Shown in pieces: positions 8,781-15,404 of a stretch of DNA of 32,544 bases. Positions within the stretch are counted from its first letter, which is position 1, and every line of letters begins with the position of its first letter. Source of the DNA: Bacteroidota bacterium (GTDB lineage Bacteria; Bacteroidota; Bacteroidia; NS11-12g; UBA955). The position numbers were made by a program, and so were the translations under genes. The notes beneath the pieces were generated by a model, which was given only the letters and a program-made list of their open reading frames with translations, was not told the origin of the DNA and ran no database searches. The DNA lies in NCBI GenBank assembly GCA_041170685.1, contig JBEDNI010000001.1, positions 1 through 32,544 on the forward strand. The letters run 5' to 3'.

Positions 8781-10549
8781 GATGCATTATCCTTTCTTCT
8801 GTTTGCATTTTTGCGTATCAGATGCAAACCTGCGGTGAGGTTAAAAAAAATTTGATTGCCTTTGAATTTGCCTGCGGGGCCGCTAAAAGCACCATTAACA
8901 CGCCAGCGTTTATCGGAAAAGTCCCATCCATAGCCCCCTTCGGCGGCCAGATAGAACCTGTTGATGTTGATAGAACCTTTGGCTTTAAGGCAAAAAAGAA
9001 ATACGGGGTTGATGGCCGCTGCAGGCAGTGAATATCGCGAAATAAAAACGGTATCACTGAGGTTGGATGAGCTGTTTACAATATGCTGTTGGTAACTGAC
9101 ACCACTGCCCACGCTAACCCGAAAGAGTGCGTTATTAGGGGATAGGTCTGCAACGCCCGAAATGTAAGTTCCCCAGTATTGGTAAGCCGAACCGGGAATT
9201 CTTGCCCTTTGGAAAAATCCGGCTTCAAATTTGTTATCGGCATTGTCACAAACCGTCATATTCAAACCATAGTCCTGTGTGGGTTGGGTCTCAGCTAATC
9301 CGTAATCCTTGAGGAGTTCATTGAGCATGTTAAGATTTGGCAGGTGCAGCCCGGAGCTGATACCCATACTGAATATGGGTTCCTTCTTTTGTTGTTTGGG
9401 TATTGCCAGTGCCGGGGTTAACTGATTGTTGCCCATAGCCAACATAAAGTCAAATGGGATTTTTGGTATCAGACTTTTAGTGTTTGTCAGTATTGCCGCA
9501 TTGGGTGGAGCCCCTGACCGTATTTTTTTCAGGGCTGATTGTACTGATGACGGTTCGTCTTCAGCATCCCGTGGGTCATTGTAATAAATTCCTACGTTGA
9601 AAAACTGACCATACAGACTGCTGTCCTCACTCAGATTGGCGCAAACCGGCAAAAAATCAAACAAATCGCAGGCGCCTTGCAGTCTGTCATTCGCAGCATA
9701 ACATCTACCCACGATAGACACGGATTTTTCCTTAGGAAACTGTTGCAAATGCTTTTTTATGTTTTCAGAAACCTGCTGAACGCGAAATGGGTCTTCAAAC
9801 GAAGTGTTGATCCATTTTTCATAGTTTATGGCTGATTTTAGTCCCAGCATCAGCGCCTCAAGTCTAAACCACTCATCATCACCCAACCATTGCTGATAAA
9901 GACTTTGCAAGCTATCGAAATTGTTAACAAATGCCTTGTAGGTGTTTTTTACCGGAAATTGGTCCTGCGAATATTTTTTATCGATAAAACCACTCTTTAT
10001 CTGTTGGTAACGAATGGCTCCCTGAAGGGCTTCTATGGGTATTCTGAGTCTGTCGGGGGGCGTTTTGTCCTTAAATAGGTTAAAAACACCCAAAGCGGGA
10101 ACAAGGGTTCGGTTTTCGGCGTCAATTCCGACAACCTGTATTTTCATGCTGTCTGACACACCTTCATTCAGGGCGTTCAGTCTTTTGTAGAATAATAAGT
10201 CTTCCTGGCTCAATACCAGCGTTAAATCAGGGATAACAGCATAATCATTCCGATAGACAAACCGGTTTAGCCATTCTCCGCAAATGGGAGAAACGGGTGC
10301 CATAAAGTAGCGGTGTCCTGCTGTGTTTCTGGCGTAAGTAATCAGTTTTATACCAATAGTTCTGTTAATTTCCGGATAGGCCCTGTTGATACCAATCACC
10401 ATGATTTTTTGTGATTTCAGTGCAGAATCCAGGATGTTTAATCCCCGAAAATCCCGGGAGTCAGAAAGGTTCAGAAAATGTTGGTTTGTTTGCGCATGCA
10501 GAGTGGCAGTCAATATCGTCAACCATAAATATGCCCTTACTTTACGCAT
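8777..10549 (-). CDS. Secreted two-domain protein, paralog B of 6942-8780, with degenerate active-site motifs (putative pseudoenzyme) and a beta-barrel-like C-terminus
   Basis: Signal peptide MRKVRAYLWLTILTATLHA|Q. It is collinear with paralog A: FDSLQSLYQQWLG vs FDSLDAELKNWLG, LNRFVY vs ANRYVN, VGIDAE vs HGVDVE. The key positions are changed: GINR for GENH, MAPVS for LELGE, GRCY for GRCH. Its stop overlaps paralog A's start (ATGA at 8777-8780). Confidence 0.55.
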   Translation of the reverse strand: MRKVRAYLWLTILTATLHAQTNQHFLNLSDSRDFRGLNILDSALKSQKIMVIGINRAYPEINRTIGIKLITYARNTAGHRYFMAPVSPICGEWLNRFVYRNDYAVIPDLTLVLSQEDLLFYKRLNALNEGVSDSMKIQVVGIDAENRTLVPALGVFNLFKDKTPPDRLRIPIEALQGAIRYQQIKSGFIDKKYSQDQFPVKNTYKAFVNNFDSLQSLYQQWLGDDEWFRLEALMLGLKSAINYEKWINTSFEDPFRVQQVSENIKKHLQQFPKEKSVSIVGRCYAANDRLQGACDLFDFLPVCANLSEDSSLYGQFFNVGIYYNDPRDAEDEPSSVQSALKKIRSGAPPNAAILTNTKSLIPKIPFDFMLAMGNNQLTPALAIPKQQKKEPIFSMGISSGLHLPNLNMLNELLKDYGLAETQPTQDYGLNMTVCDNADNKFEAGFFQRARIPGSAYQYWGTYISGVADLSPNNALFRVSVGSGVSYQQHIVNSSSNLSDTVFISRYSLPAAAINPVFLFCLKAKGSININRFYLAAEGGYGWDFSDKRWRVNGAFSGPAGKFKGNQIFFNLTAGLHLIRKNANRRKDNAS

Positions 10550-10632
10550 CAGGAAGCAATATACGAATTAATAAACAGACCTTGATGTTTGTAATGGGGG
10601 ATAACCAAGTTTGCCAGCGTAATTATTGCAGT

Positions 10633-11520
10633 TTAAACAATATTAAGCACCTGTTCTTTTATCTGCTCCAGCTTTTCTTTCATCAGCACCACAGCCTGTT
10701 GCATGGGAAAATGATTGCTTTTCACGCCCATGGTATTCATTTCCCTGCCCATTTCCTGCGAAATAAAGTTGAGTTTACGTCCCAGTGGCTCTTTTTTCAG
10801 GCACTCATCAAAATAGTCCAGGTGTTGTTTTAAACGTTGTTTTTCCTCTGCGATGTCCCATTTCTCCATATAAAGTAGTATTTCCTGTTCCAGCCGGTTC
10901 AGGTCTGCTATATTGTCGCGAACGTGCTCTGCCACAGAATTATTGATTTTGTTTCGCAGGTTTATCCTTCTGGGCTCTTCTTCAGATTCTACAATGTGGA
11001 GCTGCCTGCGAATTTCTTCTGATGCCTCCGACAGTTTTGCTAAAATGGCTTTACCCTCCTGCTTGCGGAATTCCAGTAATTTTTCAACGGCAGCGGCTGC
11101 GGTCTTCAAAATACATTGTTTCCCTTCTTCGGTGAGGGTTTTTTCTGCATTGCCCACCACATCCGGCATACGAATAATCTGATTGAATGGGTCGCGAAAA
11201 TCCAGGTTCAGCGACTGGCTAAGGTGGTTGAGTTTATCCAGATAGGTTTTGGCCAGTGCCTGATTGATATTGATATCAGGTGCGTTTTCTGTGCCGGTAA
11301 ATTCGATATTAAACATCATGGTAACCGAGCCACGCTCCAGTTTTTCCTGCAGTATTTTGCGTAGGGAAGCATCCAGTTCATATAGAAATCGGGGTAGCCG
11401 AATGTCGAGGTCCAGGTATCGGCCGTTAAGGGATTTAACTTCGCAAACTACGTTAATACCGGTTTCAGAGGCCTCTGCGCGGCCAAATCCGGTCATGCTT
11501 TGAATGACAGTGTTTTCCAA
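10633..11520 (-). CDS. yicC: YicC-family stress-induced protein (YicC/YloC endoribonuclease family)
   Basis: It has the N-terminal SMTGFGRAE motif and a C-terminal DUF1732-like segment, NFISQEMGREMNTMGVKSN. The start is uncertain: TTG at 11520 (MENTVIQSMTGFG) or ATG at 11496. Confidence 0.9.
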   Translation of the reverse strand: MENTVIQSMTGFGRAEASETGINVVCEVKSLNGRYLDLDIRLPRFLYELDASLRKILQEKLERGSVTMMFNIEFTGTENAPDININQALAKTYLDKLNHLSQSLNLDFRDPFNQIIRMPDVVGNAEKTLTEEGKQCILKTAAAAVEKLLEFRKQEGKAILAKLSEASEEIRRQLHIVESEEEPRRINLRNKINNSVAEHVRDNIADLNRLEQEILLYMEKWDIAEEKQRLKQHLDYFDECLKKEPLGRKLNFISQEMGREMNTMGVKSNHFPMQQAVVLMKEKLEQIKEQVLNIV

Positions 11521-11594
11521 TGATGCGAATATAAGCCCAAGGGGGCAGTGGTATCAACGTCAATAAATTTTCATTAATGCTCGGTAAATCAATT

Positions 11595-11602
11595 TATCTT
11601 TG
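11595..11602 (+). promoter_or_regulatory. Putative -7 box (TATCTTTG) upstream of the glutaminyl cyclase gene
   Basis: Exact TAnnTTTG match ending 7 nt before ATG 11610, in the divergent yicC/QC intergenic region. Confidence 0.3.
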
Positions 11603-11609
11603 TGGGTAA

Positions 11610-12611
11610 ATGAAAAGGGTACTTTTTTCTTATTTTCTTTTTTCTGCGCTGTTATTGATGTTTAGCTTGCCGTCATGCACGGGAACAAGTGATATTCAGG
11701 ATGATACCACTGAAACCGGTCCTTCCGTTATTACCCGGAAATACCCTGAAATTTCTCAAGATTCTGCCTATGCTTTCATTCAAAAGCAGGTAGATTTTGG
11801 CTATCGGATACCCGGCACACAGGCCCACGCTCGTTGCGCAGACTGGCTGTATGCCAAACTTAAAATGTATTGTGATACCGTTTATTACCAGAAAGCCACC
11901 GCTGTTACCTGGGATAAAAAAACCATTCCGGTATATAACATTGTAGGGGTTTTTAATCCCAAAGCCGTTCAGCGCGGTATTTGGGCTTCGCACTGGGATT
12001 CTCGCCCTTGGGCAGATAACGACACATCGCGTAAAGCGGAGCCAATTGCAGCGGCAAATGATGGCGCCAGCGGGGTAGGAGTGCTGCTAGAACTCGCCCG
12101 CAACCTGAAGAAAAATCCGCCTCCTTACGGAATTGATATTGTGTTTTTTGATGCCGAGGACTACGGAAAAAGCGAATACGAAAACTCCTATTGTTTGGGG
12201 AGTCAGTACTGGGCCGAAAATCCCCATATTCCCAAGTATAAAGCACAATTTGGGGTATTGCTGGACATGGTGGGCGGTAAAGATGCCATATTTGGCCGCG
12301 AAGCCCTTAGCATGCAGCAGGCGGGCTGGGTGATGAACCACACTTGGGCTATTGCGGAAGAACTGGGTTTTGGCAGCACGTTTTCCAACATCACGGTTGC
12401 GCCTATCACTGATGATCACCACTATGTTTTTCAGGGTAGTCAGATTCCTATGATTGATGTAATTCAGCACGACCCGTCAAGAAATACGTTTGCGCATTAC
12501 TGGCATACCCATGCTGATGATATGAATGCGGTGAGCAAAGAAACGTTGTTGAGGGTGGGTAAAACCATGTCGGCGCTGATGTTTAATCCTCCCATTGAGA
12601 TTCAGCCATGA
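11610..12611 (+). CDS. M28-fold glutaminyl-peptide cyclotransferase (animal-type/type II QC), lipoprotein
   Basis: The lipobox-like signal is ...LLMFSLPS|C. QC-like motifs are ASHWDSRPWAD, NDGASGVGVLLELAR, FFDAEDYG, VLLDMVGGKDAIF (compare human QC LLDLIGA), DDHHYVF..G.P.IDVI and WHTHADD (compare WHTMDDN). Confidence 0.75.
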   Translation: MKRVLFSYFLFSALLLMFSLPSCTGTSDIQDDTTETGPSVITRKYPEISQDSAYAFIQKQVDFGYRIPGTQAHARCADWLYAKLKMYCDTVYYQKATAVTWDKKTIPVYNIVGVFNPKAVQRGIWASHWDSRPWADNDTSRKAEPIAAANDGASGVGVLLELARNLKKNPPPYGIDIVFFDAEDYGKSEYENSYCLGSQYWAENPHIPKYKAQFGVLLDMVGGKDAIFGREALSMQQAGWVMNHTWAIAEELGFGSTFSNITVAPITDDHHYVFQGSQIPMIDVIQHDPSRNTFAHYWHTHADDMNAVSKETLLRVGKTMSALMFNPPIEIQP

Positions 12612-13321
12612 CCGATATTCTGGCCTTTGGGGCCCATCCTGATGACGTGGAACTGGCAGCAGCCGGAACCCTCATTCATCACATTAAAATGGGGGCAAAA
12701 GTATCCATTGTGGATCTCACCGCAGGTGAAATGGGAACACGTGGTGACGCTGAAACCCGCGCTGCAGAAGCAGAGCTCAGCCGCAAAATTATGGGGGTTC
12801 AAAACCGGATGAATCTTCAGCTCCGGGATGCTTTTTTTGAAAACGATGAAGCATCATTGCTGAAGGTAGTGGCAGCCATACGCCACTTTTGTCCCCGGGT
12901 GATTCTAGCCAATGCAATAACTGACCGACACCCAGATCATGGCCGCGCAGCGGCGTTGGTAGAGCGGGCCTGTTTTTTATCGGGATTGCCTAAAGTTGTT
13001 ACCCAGTTTGAGGGTGCTGAACAGGCTGCCTGGCGTCCTGAGTCGGTGTATCATTACATCCAGGATCGATATATAAAACCGGATCTGGTGGTGGATATTA
13101 CCGATAGTTTTTCACAAAAGATGGAGGCCATCCATGCCTTTTCGTCTCAGTTCTATAAAGCGGGTGATTTGGGGCCTCAGACACCCATTAGTTCTGAAGC
13201 ATTTCTGCAGTTCATTGAAGCCCGTGCAAGGGAGTTTGGCCGAATTATTGGCGTGGAATTTGGAGAAGGATTCACTGTGGAAAGGCCGCTGGGCATAACC
13301 AATTTAATGAACATCCAATAA
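12608..13321 (+). CDS. bshB1: Bacillithiol biosynthesis deacetylase BshB1 (PIG-L/LmbE family)
   Basis: LAFGAHPDDVELAAAGTL, GEMGTRG and HPDHG are LmbE/BshB1 signatures. It overlaps the preceding gene in an ATGA arrangement. Confidence 0.85.
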   Translation: MTDILAFGAHPDDVELAAAGTLIHHIKMGAKVSIVDLTAGEMGTRGDAETRAAEAELSRKIMGVQNRMNLQLRDAFFENDEASLLKVVAAIRHFCPRVILANAITDRHPDHGRAAALVERACFLSGLPKVVTQFEGAEQAAWRPESVYHYIQDRYIKPDLVVDITDSFSQKMEAIHAFSSQFYKAGDLGPQTPISSEAFLQFIEARAREFGRIIGVEFGEGFTVERPLGITNLMNIQ

Positions 13322-13340
13322 ATGTAATCCTAATTCCGTT

Positions 13341-14714
13341 ATGGTTTTAATATTGAAAAATGCAAAATCCATAACGCTGTTGGCTATCGGTCTGCTGTTT
13401 TGTGCGCTGCACGCTCAAAAAGTTAGTATCGACCAGCTAATGACCCTAAAGCCCGTTGGCATAGGTACCCAAAAAATAATACCTTACCCCGGTATGATTT
13501 ACCTCCCAATGCCTTTTTCCTCTGCGGAGTTCAAAGATGTATCGCAGTTGGCTGATATTCCATCACCGGACCGAATTCATTCCGTAGCGCTCGTTTATAC
13601 GCGTTTTAGGGAGGTGGATACTTTCAACCAGCCCAAGTTGAATTTTTACCGTTTTCAAAACCTAAAAAAAGTATACCCTGTTGTGTTTGAGGATACATCC
13701 ATTCAATGGAAAATCATGGAACAGCGGCAGGCCACCGAAAAGGAAGACGCCATGAAATGCTTTCATGGATTTATCATATTGCTTAAAAATGAACCGCCTA
13801 AAATATTGATTGAAAAGGAATTGTCAATGATGAAATCTGTTATTGACAGCTATCATGACAGCCTGACATGGATTCCGGAAAAAATTGACTGGAAGGTAAA
13901 GCGGGTGAAAGAAGAAACCGGCTATTATTTGCCTGTGAATAAGAATAAGCGCAAGCAAGGCATTCGATTTAGCAGCAGCTTTTTGGGGATGAGGGAAAAA
14001 GAGTATCGTTCCAGGAAAGACAGCAGCATTCGCAAAAAATCCGGTGGGTACTTCGCAAGAAAGGGACATTTTGATACAACACTCTTTAAAAATGTTCATG
14101 AATACAACTTTCTCATTTCTCGCCGTTGGAGTAAAAAAATGGCTGTCGTGGCCGATGTTACGGGCAGTATGAGCCCATATAGCACCCAGGTAATGCTTTG
14201 GCTGAAAAATAGACCTGAGATATTACGGGATGGCAGATTTGTGTTTTTCAATGATGGCGATGCCAAACCCGATATGCTAAAAAGAATTGGCAGCACCGGA
14301 GGAATTCATTTTGCGGCCTCCACCGATTATGATTCAGTCTATATGGCCATGAACCGCGCCATGCGTGCAGGTACCGGCGGTGATATTCCGGAAAACAACA
14401 TTGAGGCAGTTTTGGAAACTCTAAAACACTGGCCCGATACAGATACCGTATTGCTAATTGCTGATAATGAAGCTTCTGTAAAAGATATAAATTTACTTAA
14501 GAATGTGAAAAAACCCGTAAGTGTGATGCTTTGTGGTGCTACCGAAAAAATTCACAAAGACTACATTGAAATTGCCAGGGTAACTGGAGGTCGTTTGTTT
14601 GTGCTTAGCACTGAACTGGCAGAAATGAAGAAATGGCAAACCGGCACGGAAGTAAAAATACGGGGGAAAAAATACGAATATAAAAACGGTGAACTGGTCA
14701 GGAAGAGAACCTGA
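13341..14714 (+). CDS. Secreted hypothetical protein with a C-terminal vWA-like domain
   Basis: Signal peptide ...LLFCALHA|Q. A central Lys/Arg-rich segment (KNKRKQGIRFSS...RSRKDSSIRKKSGG) is followed by a MIDAS-like AVVADVTGSMS motif and an alpha/beta-like pattern (VLLIADNEA, PVSVMLCG). Confidence 0.55.
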   Translation: MVLILKNAKSITLLAIGLLFCALHAQKVSIDQLMTLKPVGIGTQKIIPYPGMIYLPMPFSSAEFKDVSQLADIPSPDRIHSVALVYTRFREVDTFNQPKLNFYRFQNLKKVYPVVFEDTSIQWKIMEQRQATEKEDAMKCFHGFIILLKNEPPKILIEKELSMMKSVIDSYHDSLTWIPEKIDWKVKRVKEETGYYLPVNKNKRKQGIRFSSSFLGMREKEYRSRKDSSIRKKSGGYFARKGHFDTTLFKNVHEYNFLISRRWSKKMAVVADVTGSMSPYSTQVMLWLKNRPEILRDGRFVFFNDGDAKPDMLKRIGSTGGIHFAASTDYDSVYMAMNRAMRAGTGGDIPENNIEAVLETLKHWPDTDTVLLIADNEASVKDINLLKNVKKPVSVMLCGATEKIHKDYIEIARVTGGRLFVLSTELAEMKKWQTGTEVKIRGKKYEYKNGELVRKRT

Positions 14715-15357
14715 TGGTTTTGATATCTCCCTCAATCACAAGTCGCCCCAGGGTTTTGGCTTTAACTTCATCTATCGTTACATCCTCAGCAATTTCCCTA
14801 AGTTCAAAACCACGTTCGGTAATGTCAAAAACCCCCAGTTCGGTAACTACTTTTTTCACACAATGTAAACCGGTAATAGGCAATGTGCAGGCAGGAAGTA
14901 ATTTGCTTTCGCCGGCTTTATTGGTATGTTGCATGGCCACAATGATATTCTTGGCCGAAGCCACCAGATCCATGGCCCCACCCATACCTTTCACCATCTT
15001 ACCGGGTATTTTCCAGTTGGCAATATCTCCTGTATCGCTCACTTCCATGGCACCCAGCACGGTTAAATCGACCTTTCCGGCCCTGATCATACCGAACGAT
15101 GTAGCCCCGTCAAAGAAGCTGGCTCCTTTGGCTGTAGTAATGGTTTGTTTGCCTGCATTGATTAAATCCGGATTTTCCTCGCCTTCAAAGGGGAAGGGGC
15201 CCATGCCCAGCAAGCCGTTTTCACTTTGTAACACCACCTCTACTCCCTCCGGAATATAATTGGCCACCAGCGTAGGAATGCCTATACCCAGGTTTACGTA
15301 GTATCCGTCTTGCAGTTCCTGCGCTATGCGCTTTGCGATTCCGTACTTGTCCAGCAT
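14698..15357 (-). CDS. scoB: 3-oxoacid CoA-transferase, subunit B
   Basis: The N-terminus IAKRIAQELQDGYYVNLGIGIPTLVANY and the catalytic-Glu motif LQSENGLLGMGP are present; 219 aa. Confidence 0.9.
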   Translation of the reverse strand: MLDKYGIAKRIAQELQDGYYVNLGIGIPTLVANYIPEGVEVVLQSENGLLGMGPFPFEGEENPDLINAGKQTITTAKGASFFDGATSFGMIRAGKVDLTVLGAMEVSDTGDIANWKIPGKMVKGMGGAMDLVASAKNIIVAMQHTNKAGESKLLPACTLPITGLHCVKKVVTELGVFDITERGFELREIAEDVTIDEVKAKTLGRLVIEGDIKTIRFSS

Positions 15358-15404
15358 ATTGATTACAAAATTCCGAAAAAAATATGAAAGCCGTATGCGC
15401 TACA

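Noticed and set aside
10550-10632. The 83-nt gap between yicC and paralog B, examined for a terminator or promoter
   Set aside because: It contains only a partial -7-like sequence (TATATTGC) and no convincing hairpin. That is not enough to call a feature.
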